DNA of 64,000 nucleotides from Gemmatimonadota bacterium (GTDB lineage: Bacteria > Gemmatimonadota > Gemmatimonadetes > Palauibacterales > Palauibacteraceae): assembly GCA_963666735.1 (NCBI GenBank), contig OY762926.1, positions 3,296,001 to 3,360,000 on the forward strand, given 5' to 3'. Every line of letters starts with the position of its first letter. Within the stretch, counting starts at the first letter, position 1. The translations under genes were made by a program, and so were the position numbers. Below the pieces are notes generated by a model. It had not been told where the DNA came from. It searched no databases and worked only from the letters and a program-made list of their open reading frames with translations. Below, one piece after another: positions 30,532 to 38,816 of this stretch.

Positions 30532-32864
30532 GTATCCTCTCCCACGCGGGTCGGTTGCTGGGACATTATACGACCGTCGGCGTCGGTGACGATGAGGACG
30601 AGCGTTTCCTCCTCGTGTCTGTCGTCGTCGAGGACAAGGCTCACCGAACCGTCTTCCTGCACCTGCTTGGTCGTCTGGGCCACGGAATCGCCCGAGGGGG
30701 TCGCGAGCCGAAGATCGGCGGTCACGGGGTCAGTGCCGCGAACCTCGACCTCGGCGTAGCAGCGCAACCGCCGCCAGGTGATCGAACGGATTGTGGCGGC
30801 GATGCCGCTCCCCGCTGTGCGTTCGACGCGCATATCGGGGATGAGGCACTCCTGGACGCTGAGGCCGCCGTGAGCGTATTCGTCGCGCTTGCTGAAGCAG
30901 GCGATGCCGGGGGGCGTGGCGAACCACTGGCCTGCGTTCCAGTGCCAGGGAAGCCGGGGGACGTCGGGCGTGGAGTCGCCGGAGATGACGGCGCAGCGCG
31001 CCCACTTGGACTTGGTGAGGTGCTTGGGAAGCTGCACCATCGGAAGACCGCCCGGCAGCCAGAGCCAGCCGTGGTCGGTGACGATCCGCACCGAGCGCCA
31101 GCCCGCAGCGAGCAGCTGCGCGATGCGCTCGGCAAGCGCGTCCAACTCCTGACCAACCAGCCGCGCGAAGGTCGCGGCATCGTGATCGTGGCCAAACTTG
31201 TCGATCTTGCCGGTCTCGAGCCAACCGCGGGCGTCGGCCTCCAGCGGCAGGTCCAGGGTGCCGTCGCCGACGATCTGGTAGCCGCGTTCCTTCATCGCCT
31301 TGCGGAGGTCGGCGGCGAGCGCGGGCCGGGGCGGGTTCTTGCCGTCGTCCGTGCCAATCGCGGGCCGGAAGTCGGTGCCCAGCTCATCGCCTTTGACGAG
31401 ATCGGCTGCCGGTGTGACTGCGGGTTTGCCCGTAGCCGTTACGGTAGGGATCGCCGCCCAACGGTGACCGGGGGAGACCTCACAGCCGCGCCGTTGGAGG
31501 CGGCCGGCCAGATCCCGCCCCAGTTCGTAGCGCAATCCGTCCACGAAGACGAGACACTCGTCTTCCCGCGCCTTGACGAGCGGCTGCTCGCCCCGGCGGG
31601 GGAGAGATGTCCGTTCAACCGCCTCCTGGAACGCCGCTGCGGTGTCCCCCAACCATGGCTCGAGCAGGTGCCGGACGGTGGACGTGATCAGCGCTGCGTC
31701 TGGGCCCGATGCTCGCGCGAGTGCGGCCCGGGCGTGGGCGTCGGCCCGCCAGCCCGCGTCCGCGTAGGTTGCAGCGATATCGTCCGGCGCGGCCCTGCCG
31801 ATGGCGCTTCGCGTCGTGTCGGTGAGACCGGCCAGCGGTTCCAGCGTCGCGGCCAGCGGCGAATGTCCGAGCCGCGCCCACACCCAGTCCCGGCGGTGGC
31901 CGTGCGCAGCCTCCAGCGCGAGCACCGCGTCGCGAGCCTCCTCCACGGGGCGCTGCGGCAGGGATGAGAGTGTTTTGCGAACCTCGGCTTCGTCCTCGTC
32001 GTTGAGGTCGGGCCAGCGCTCCCGGTCGAAGGCGAGTTCGCCCGCCGGGCGGCTGCGCCGCAGGAGGTCCTCGACACCCGGATACGCCTCCGGGGCTTCC
32101 GCGTAACGGTCCCAAACGGTTGCCCACGCGCCGCGCCCGTCGCCGAGTCGGGCGCCCGCCGCCACATCGGCCTCCACACCGGGGTCGAAATCGAGCTTGT
32201 CGGCGCACCGCTGGCGGAAGGCCGTCCACTCGGCGTCGCCCAGGCGGGCGCGTGTCGCGTCCGGATCCGCCATCCAGCGCAGCAGGTCGCGCCGGTAGTC
32301 CTCCGAGAGCATTTCGTTGAAGTCATCGGCATCGAGGCGGCGTCCCCGAAGCTGGGCCACCGGCCGCACGGCCACCTCCGCCAGCGCGCCGCGCAACGCG
32401 CCGACCGTCGCGCGGTCTGCGGCGATGTCCAGCCCGACGCCCCGGCGGGAACCCAGGAAGGCGGCCACCGTCCAGTCCTTACCGTTTGGGTGGTTCCATA
32501 GGATGCCGCGGTACAGCAACTCCACCAACGGCCTCACCGCCTCGGGGCAGGCTTCGCCCGCCCGAAGCTGGCCCCGCTCGAATCCCGGCAGGTAGAGAAT
32601 CGTAGTCCGCTCAACAGGCCCGCCCGGTGGCTGCAGCGTGCCATCCACCACACAGCGCAACCAGATCGCGGGACCGGTGCGAGTTTCCGGTTCGTAGGGT
32701 CCCAGCGCGAACAACTCCGGCAGCCGTCTCCTGAGCACTGGAAGCAGGCCCTCCCACTCACGTCCCGGATCGGTCCACAGGATCACGGCCGGCGGCTCCT
32801 GGCCCTCCGCCGCAGCATCCCGGGCCCGCACGCCGTCAACGACGTAATCAAGGGGCGTGTCCAT
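30528..32864 (-). CDS. pglZ: BREX alkaline-phosphatase-fold protein PglZ (type B-like)
   Basis: FVDGLRYE, PTVTATGK, IVTDHGW, YAHGGLSVQEC; 4-nt overlap with brxL. Confidence 0.88.
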   Translation of the reverse strand: MDTPLDYVVDGVRARDAAAEGQEPPAVILWTDPGREWEGLLPVLRRRLPELFALGPYEPETRTGPAIWLRCVVDGTLQPPGGPVERTTILYLPGFERGQLRAGEACPEAVRPLVELLYRGILWNHPNGKDWTVAAFLGSRRGVGLDIAADRATVGALRGALAEVAVRPVAQLRGRRLDADDFNEMLSEDYRRDLLRWMADPDATRARLGDAEWTAFRQRCADKLDFDPGVEADVAAGARLGDGRGAWATVWDRYAEAPEAYPGVEDLLRRSRPAGELAFDRERWPDLNDEDEAEVRKTLSSLPQRPVEEARDAVLALEAAHGHRRDWVWARLGHSPLAATLEPLAGLTDTTRSAIGRAAPDDIAATYADAGWRADAHARAALARASGPDAALITSTVRHLLEPWLGDTAAAFQEAVERTSLPRRGEQPLVKAREDECLVFVDGLRYELGRDLAGRLQRRGCEVSPGHRWAAIPTVTATGKPAVTPAADLVKGDELGTDFRPAIGTDDGKNPPRPALAADLRKAMKERGYQIVGDGTLDLPLEADARGWLETGKIDKFGHDHDAATFARLVGQELDALAERIAQLLAAGWRSVRIVTDHGWLWLPGGLPMVQLPKHLTKSKWARCAVISGDSTPDVPRLPWHWNAGQWFATPPGIACFSKRDEYAHGGLSVQECLIPDMRVERTAGSGIAATIRSITWRRLRCYAEVEVRGTDPVTADLRLATPSGDSVAQTTKQVQEDGSVSLVLDDDRHEEETLVLIVTDADGRIMSQQPTRVGEDT

Positions 32865-33059
32865 CAGGCAAGCGCCACCGAGTCGTTGCTGCGGCGCAGG
32901 GTCACGCGAAACAGCTGGGCGGTTCGATTGGCGTCCCGGCCTCTGTCAATCATGTCATTCGCCCTCGGAGAACAGGTTTCGGCTCTGCGACGTCTGCAAG
33001 GCGGGTCGGCTCTCAGCGGAACCCACCTGAGGCGAGTTCCGCGCCCGTGGCTCGGGCCG

Positions 33060-33200
33060 AGGCCCCAGGCCATCTTCTCGATCCTGCCTGCCACCTTGGC
33101 GATGATGTCGCACGATACGTTCTCGGGAATCCCGCCGCCGTCGTCCACGTACGAGGAAAGGTACTCGGCGCTCGTCCCCTCCAAGCCAAGGTTCGCGTGA
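33060..33200 (-). pseudogene. Possible C-terminal fragment of an ArdC/ImmA-IrrE-like zincin protein
   Basis: NLGLEGTSAEYLSSYVDD...DIIAKVAGRIEKM resembles that C-terminus from recall; no HExxH, flanks not protein-like. Confidence 0.3.
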
Positions 33201-33268
33201 AGTGTGCGCGGCGACATTTCTCGCATACATTTGGGCGTGAAATGTATCAAAAAATGTATTCATGCATT

Positions 33269-33805
33269 TCATTCACTCTCCGACATTTCTTGCGAACCCG
33301 TAAACACGTATCGTGCGCCCCGTCCGTGCCCGTCGATCCGCACATGCCCTTCGTTCGCCAGTTCATGGATCAGGCGATTGATCTGCTGGCGATCCAGCTT
33401 CGTTATCCGCCTGACCGCGGCGTTGGCGAGCGGTGCCTCGCCGCGCATGGCTCCACCGCGAATCGCCTCAAGCACATCGCGTTTGACCGATGCCCAATCG
33501 CGCATCCCCTCGCTCGATTCCCCGACCATACCCTGGACGAGCGCGCCCCGGGTCTCCGGCCTCAGCGTCCAGTACTCGTCCCGTCCGCCTCCGCGCCGTT
33601 CGAGGAGACCGAGCGTTCCTTCCATTTCCAGCAGTACATCGCGGGCCTCACTCTCACGCCGCTGGCAGAGGACCGCCGCCTTGGCGGCCCTGATCTCCGC
33701 GCGACGAAGGAGATGGCGCAGCACAAGCAGATGGCCACGGTGGAAGTTGCAAGAACATGCGCTGATCCGATAAAATAGATCATGATCTATTTGGAAGTTT
33801 GGCAT
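33269..33805 (-). CDS. Double winged-HTH protein or remnant homologous to the C-terminus of AlbA_2/HATPase_c_4 proteins
   Basis: LLVLRHL...AAVLCQ..ESEARDVL and GHGRGARY parallel the neighbour's LLLLHHL...AARIIQ..EGSARRSL and GRSRGTWY. Confidence 0.55.
   Translation of the reverse strand: MPNFQIDHDLFYRISACSCNFHRGHLLVLRHLLRRAEIRAAKAAVLCQRRESEARDVLLEMEGTLGLLERRGGGRDEYWTLRPETRGALVQGMVGESSEGMRDWASVKRDVLEAIRGGAMRGEAPLANAAVRRITKLDRQQINRLIHELANEGHVRIDGHGRGARYVFTGSQEMSESE
33773..33792. promoter_or_regulatory. Perfect 20-bp AT-rich palindrome
   Basis: AAATAGATCATGATCTATTT. Confidence 0.6.
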
Positions 33806-33875
33806 GATTCGTTTATCTGTTCGTTTCGAACGTTTCTCCGGGAGGCCGTTTGAGATGCCGTTGCCAAGGACAACC

Positions 33876-35624
33876 ATGCCCGAAGATCTGGAGACTCTGA
33901 TCGCCGGGGGAGAATCCCTCGATGTCGAGTTCAAGGGTGAGTCGTCCCGGCCGCTTTCCGACGACGATCTGGTGGAGGCCGTGGTTTGTCTGGCCAACCG
34001 GCGCGGCACTGGACGGGGCTGGCTCCTCGTTGGGGTGGAGGATGATGGCTTCGTGTCCGGTGCGCGCCCGCGACACGAGGGAGGCAGTACCGACCTGAAC
34101 CGGGTGCGGGCGCTGATTGCGAACCGCACCCGGCCGTCGTTGACCGTGCATGCCGAGCTGCGCTCGGTGAACGAGGAGGATGTCCTTGTCGTTGAGGTCC
34201 CCGCGTCGGCGGACCCGGTGGGTACCGCCACGGGCCGATACCTGCGGCGTGTCGTCGGCGGTGACGGTAGACCCGCCTGCCACCCTTACCACTTCCACGA
34301 GATGCAGTCGCGCCGTGCCGACTCGCGGCTGCTGGACTACACCGCGCTTACGATACCCGAAGCCGGCTGGGAAGACATGTCGCCGATCGAGTTCGATCGC
34401 TTCCGTCGCTCGATCGCCGAAAATCCGGGTCGCGGAGATGAGGCGCTCCCCAGCCTCGGCGACCTCGACCTCGCAAAGGCTCTGGGCGCGGTGGAGACGG
34501 CGGGTGACCGCGTCGTTGTTCGCGTCCTCGGACTCCTGTTGTTCGGGCGGCAGAAGGCGCTCGTGTCGGGGGTCCCTACGCACGAGGTCGCCTTCCAGCG
34601 TCTCTCGCAAAACGACGTGGAGGCCAACGACTTCTTCCGCTGGCCGGTGCTGAGGGTCATGGAGGAGCTGGAGACGCGGTTTCGGTCGCACAACCGTGAG
34701 CGGGAGATATTCGTCGGGATGACGAGAGTCGGGATTCCCGACTATCCGGCCCGCGCCTACCGCGAAGGCGTCGCGAACGCCTTGGTGCATCGCGACTACA
34801 CGCGCCTCGGGGCGGTCCATGTGCAATGGCACGACGACAGGCTCCAAATCTCCAGCCCCGGCAGCTTCCCCGAGGGCGTACACCTCGACAACCTGCTCGT
34901 TACTGACCCGCGGCCCCGCAATCCGCTGCTGGCGGACGCCTTCAAGCGTGCGGGTATCGTCGAGCGCACTGGCCGGGGTATCGACGCGATATTCGAAGCA
35001 CAGCTCCGCGTCGGCCGCTCCATTCCGTCCTACGACCGCAGCACCGCCGCCGGCGTTACTCTCGTTCTGCCCGGTGGCCCGGCCAACCTCGGCTTCGTTC
35101 GACTCCGCGTCGAGGAGGAACGAACCGGCGGGCCGCTGGACCACCGGCAGCTCCTGCTTCTCCACCACCTGGGGTTGCAGGCTCGGATCACGGAGGCTGA
35201 GGCGGCACGCATTATCCAGCTGGATGAGGGCAGTGCCAGGCGGAGTCTGCATGCTTTGGTCGAGAAAGGGCTCGTCACTGCCGGCGGTCCTAGGGCGAAG
35301 CGGTCCTATCAACTCTCGGACGAGGCCCGCGAACGGTTCGGCGACGATCCGGTTCAGGGCCCCCATCCACTAACGATCTCGCAGCGGGAGTTCAGGGTCG
35401 AGGCCTACGCGCTGTCCAAGGGACGAGTCACGCGACGAGAAGTGGCCGAGCTGTGCGGGATTGGCCCGGCACAGGCGACCCGTCTGCTGGCGAGGATGGT
35501 GGACGAGGGGTTGCTCCGGCGTCATGGAAGGAGCCGCGGCACCTGGTACGAATCCGCCCGCCCTAACGTCGAACATCTCAAAGGATGGGCTCCACACATG
35601 CTGAAGGCCGCGCAGCGGGAATAG
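33876..35624 (+). CDS. AlbA_2 (Schlafen-like) + HATPase_c_4 + winged-HTH protein
   Basis: GESLDVEFK, VCLAN..G.G.LLVGVEDDG, REGVANALVHRDY, RNPLLA, ERTGRG. Confidence 0.88.
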   Translation: MPEDLETLIAGGESLDVEFKGESSRPLSDDDLVEAVVCLANRRGTGRGWLLVGVEDDGFVSGARPRHEGGSTDLNRVRALIANRTRPSLTVHAELRSVNEEDVLVVEVPASADPVGTATGRYLRRVVGGDGRPACHPYHFHEMQSRRADSRLLDYTALTIPEAGWEDMSPIEFDRFRRSIAENPGRGDEALPSLGDLDLAKALGAVETAGDRVVVRVLGLLLFGRQKALVSGVPTHEVAFQRLSQNDVEANDFFRWPVLRVMEELETRFRSHNREREIFVGMTRVGIPDYPARAYREGVANALVHRDYTRLGAVHVQWHDDRLQISSPGSFPEGVHLDNLLVTDPRPRNPLLADAFKRAGIVERTGRGIDAIFEAQLRVGRSIPSYDRSTAAGVTLVLPGGPANLGFVRLRVEEERTGGPLDHRQLLLLHHLGLQARITEAEAARIIQLDEGSARRSLHALVEKGLVTAGGPRAKRSYQLSDEARERFGDDPVQGPHPLTISQREFRVEAYALSKGRVTRREVAELCGIGPAQATRLLARMVDEGLLRRHGRSRGTWYESARPNVEHLKGWAPHMLKAAQRE

Positions 35625-35675
35625 ATCCCTACTCCCACATGCGTTATCTGTCCGCCGCCCGCCCGCTACGACCCA

Positions 35676-36905
35676 TTACCCGCCGGGAACGCGGCGGAAG
35701 AGGCGGAACACGAGCACGAACGCGGTGGCGTACATCACGGCGCCGAGCAGGAACGGTGCGCCCGGCAGGTCCATGGGGGCGGCCGGTGAGGTGAAGTAGC
35801 TGAACAGGCCGGCGGTGAAGATCAGCGGGCTCAGGATGCTCGTCAGGCTCATGAGCGACTGGAGCGCTCCCTGGACCTTCCCCTGGTCCCGGGCCTCGAC
35901 CGCTCCCGCCACGAGGCTCTGGAGCGCGGGGCCCGCGACGCCGCCGATGGAACCGAAGATGATGAAGGCGATGAGCATCCACCCCTGCGTGGCGAGGCCG
36001 TAGCCCAGGTAGGTGATCACGCCCAGCACCAGTCCGCCCAGGACCGCCCGGCGCTCGCCGATGCGCTTGATGACGGGCTGAACGAGTCCTCCCTGGACGA
36101 TCGCCGCCATGAGGCCCACGAGCGCCAGCGACAGGCCGTTCGCGAGTTCGTCCCACCCGAACTTGTGCCCGGTGTAGAGGACCCACACGGTCTCGAGGCC
36201 GCGCTGCGCCAGGATGATGAACACGAAGGACACCGCGAGGCCGGCCACCAGCGGGTACGAGCGCAGCACGCGGAGGCTCCCGACCGGGCTGGCCTTCTTC
36301 CAGCTGAAGGCGTCTCGCTTCTCCGGCGGCAGCGACTCGGGGAGGACGAAGAGGCCGTACAGCGCGTTCACGAGGGCGAGACCCGCCGCCGCGAAGAAGG
36401 GGAGCCGCAGGTCGATGCCGCCCAGCAGCCCTCCGATGGCGGGGCCGAAGATGAATCCGAGGCCGAACGCGACGCCGATGAGCCCGAAGTTGCGGGCCCG
36501 GTTCTCGGGTTCGGACACGTCGGCGATGTAGGCGTTCGCCGTGGTAATGCTCGCCCCCATCACCCCCGCGATGAGGCGGCCCGCGAAGAGCCAGCCGATG
36601 GAGGGCGCGAGCCCCATGATGATGTAGTCAATCCCGAGGCCGAACAGAGAAATCAGAATCACGGGCCGCCGCCCGACCCGGTCCGAGAGGCTCCCCAGGA
36701 TCGGAGCGAAGAAGAACTGCATGACGGCGTAGGCCGCGGCGAGGATCCCGAACCAGCGTCCCGCGAGGGCCGTGCTTCCCCCCGTGAACTCCCTGATCAA
36801 CTCGGGGAGGATGGGGATGATGATCCCGATCCCCAGCACGTCGATGAAGACGGTGATGAGGATGAAGACCATCGCCGCCTCTCGGCCCCGCCCCGCTGCT
36901 TTCAC
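35676..36905 (-). CDS. MFS transporter, TetA/TCR family
   Basis: GSLSDRVGRRPV motif A, GFIFGPAIGG motif C, about 12 TM segments. Confidence 0.92.
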   Translation of the reverse strand: MKAAGRGREAAMVFILITVFIDVLGIGIIIPILPELIREFTGGSTALAGRWFGILAAAYAVMQFFFAPILGSLSDRVGRRPVILISLFGLGIDYIIMGLAPSIGWLFAGRLIAGVMGASITTANAYIADVSEPENRARNFGLIGVAFGLGFIFGPAIGGLLGGIDLRLPFFAAAGLALVNALYGLFVLPESLPPEKRDAFSWKKASPVGSLRVLRSYPLVAGLAVSFVFIILAQRGLETVWVLYTGHKFGWDELANGLSLALVGLMAAIVQGGLVQPVIKRIGERRAVLGGLVLGVITYLGYGLATQGWMLIAFIIFGSIGGVAGPALQSLVAGAVEARDQGKVQGALQSLMSLTSILSPLIFTAGLFSYFTSPAAPMDLPGAPFLLGAVMYATAFVLVFRLFRRVPGG

Positions 36906-37055
36906 CCATCCTCCACGCGATCGTTAGCCGGAACGCCGCCAACGCGCTGGCGGGTCGCGTAAGGTGGCGGGGACAGCGAGCCAATTCCAGCCGCACTCGA
37001 AGCGCCTGCGGCGACCGCGCCAACTCCCGTGCCGGCTCCCGTGCCGGCTCCCCTG

Positions 37056-38063
37056 CTAACTCACGTGCCGCTGGCGCGGGGCGTCGTGCCGCTGGCGGTA
37101 GTTCGCATACACCCGTTCACCGCCATGGTCGCCGCGGCGGGCCCGGGGGTTCGAGAACCCGGTCAGGTGCACGGCGACCTCGTCCACAACGAGCGCACCG
37201 CCGATGGCGCGTTCGGCGACGATCCCCACGTCGCGCCCCAGGCCGACGGCGGGGTGGTCATCGAAGGATCCCGCGCTCAGCCGGTCGAGGAAATCCTGCG
37301 CCGCGGAGGCCGGCGCGGTCCTGTCCCCCTCCGTGCGCCGTTCCAGCGCGTCGACACCGTAGCTTCGCACAAGCTTGGGGAGAAACGCGGCGAGCGTGGC
37401 GTGACGGTCGAAGAGATCCAGACCGTAGTTTCCGCCGGCCACCGAGAAGATGGCGCCGAGTTGATCCGGCGCGGCTTCCACCTCCCGCACGTAGTCCTCC
37501 AGCGCCTTCGCGTGGCGCTCGAAGATCTCGCTCATGGCGCCGGTCTCCGAAGGGGCATCCATCGCCGTGGCCTTCTCGTCGATCGCACTCCACACCCGGC
37601 TCTGGTCGGAGCGCCGCGTCCCCTCGCTGCGCATCGACTGCTGCACGCTCGCGTATCTCTCCGCCCGGCCGCTCGCGAAGTGCATCCGGTCCGTCACCCG
37701 GAATCCGGGGCTGTCGTAGGACCAGCGGCCCTGCTCCACGCAGGAGACGGGGATGACCGTCGTCTTCCCGGCGGGGAGCAGCAGCGTGAGGTTGGCGACC
37801 CGGTTCTGCTTCGCACCGACGAGTTCCTCGCCGTCCACGATGAGCACGGGACGGTCCGCCCGGTTTTCCACCTCGAGGTCGGGGACGCTGCCCCCCATCG
37901 ACACCTCGCGCACGGTGACCAGATCCTCGCGAAGTCCCTCTCCCAGCAGGAGGTAATCGAGATCCGAGGTCTCCCGGGAAAGCAGCGGGAACACCGTGAG
38001 GCCGCCGCAGAAGGCCGGTTCGGCGATCTCGAGGCCGGCGATGGCGGACGTGATCTGGTTCAT
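37056..38063 (-). CDS. ARPP-1 / DUF6569 family protein
   Basis: GSVPDL, DGEELVGAKQNRV, IPVSCVEQGRW, QSRVW. Confidence 0.75.
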   Translation of the reverse strand: MNQITSAIAGLEIAEPAFCGGLTVFPLLSRETSDLDYLLLGEGLREDLVTVREVSMGGSVPDLEVENRADRPVLIVDGEELVGAKQNRVANLTLLLPAGKTTVIPVSCVEQGRWSYDSPGFRVTDRMHFASGRAERYASVQQSMRSEGTRRSDQSRVWSAIDEKATAMDAPSETGAMSEIFERHAKALEDYVREVEAAPDQLGAIFSVAGGNYGLDLFDRHATLAAFLPKLVRSYGVDALERRTEGDRTAPASAAQDFLDRLSAGSFDDHPAVGLGRDVGIVAERAIGGALVVDEVAVHLTGFSNPRARRGDHGGERVYANYRQRHDAPRQRHVS

Positions 38064-38074
38064 CTCTCCACTCC

Positions 38075-38132
38075 TTGATATTGTCAGTGTTGATATTATG
38101 TTGACAGTAGGGCGGAGATTCGGATAAGTCAA
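38075..38132 (-). promoter_or_regulatory. Sigma70 promoter with overlapping operator-like repeats
   Basis: TTGACT (38132-38127), 17 bp, TACTGT (38109-38104); TGTCA-N15-TGACA at 38082-38106; TTGATATT at 38075 and 38090. Confidence 0.6.
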
Positions 38133-38191
38133 CGGTCGTCGTCGTCAGACGACAGTAAATGTCAGTTCACGGTCGGAGCGGCGGAGACGGG

Positions 38192-38794
38192 ATGCGCAGT
38201 TACACGGCCCGGGAGTTGGAAGAGGAAACGGGGTTCAGGCGACGTACGATCGCCTATTACGTGCAGGTCGGACTGCTTCCGCGTGTCGGGCGAAGGGGAC
38301 CGAAGACCCGTTATCCGAAGCTCGTGCGGGACCGCCTCCTCTTCATTCGACGGGTGCGCGAGGCGGAAGGGGCCGGGAAGGTGCCCGCGACCGGTCTCCG
38401 CCAGATCGGCGCCGTGTTCGAGGGATCGTCGCCGGAACTCATCACGGGCGTCGCGGACGGACGGATCGCGGTGACCGCCGACCTCCTCTCCGCGCGCTCC
38501 ACCGGAGCCGATGCCCCGCTACGGACCGGGGACGTGACCGAACGGCGGGAGTCGCCGGCCGCCCTTGCCGCCCCGCGAGCCCGGCGGGCCGCGCTCAGCG
38601 ACAGGCTGCTGGTGCGCGAGGAGGAACCGCGCTGGCCTCAGGAGGCGATGGCGGCTCCCGCCGACGATCCGGAGTTGGCTGCGTTGCTGGCCGCCCTGCA
38701 GCAGGTAGCGGGCCGCGCCGACGAAGACGCAGCCCTGCTCGAAACGATCGGGCGCCGGCTTCGTGAACTGCTGGCGGACCGGTTCGGCGACTGA
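38192..38794 (+). CDS. MerR-type HTH regulator
   Basis: YTARELEEETGFRRRTIAYYVQVGLLP...Y. Confidence 0.8.
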   Translation: MRSYTARELEEETGFRRRTIAYYVQVGLLPRVGRRGPKTRYPKLVRDRLLFIRRVREAEGAGKVPATGLRQIGAVFEGSSPELITGVADGRIAVTADLLSARSTGADAPLRTGDVTERRESPAALAAPRARRAALSDRLLVREEEPRWPQEAMAAPADDPELAALLAALQQVAGRADEDAALLETIGRRLRELLADRFGD

Positions 38795-38816
38795 CGCCGG
38801 GTCTTGCCGCGGGCGG

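Noticed and set aside
32864..33250. 128-aa ORF as a brxB or pglX remnant
   Set aside because: No methyltransferase or BrxB-like motifs; only a short internal segment looks protein-like.
35676..36905. Acquired tetracycline resistance gene
   Set aside because: TetA-family MFS with host-like composition and no tetR or mobile context; substrate cannot be assigned.
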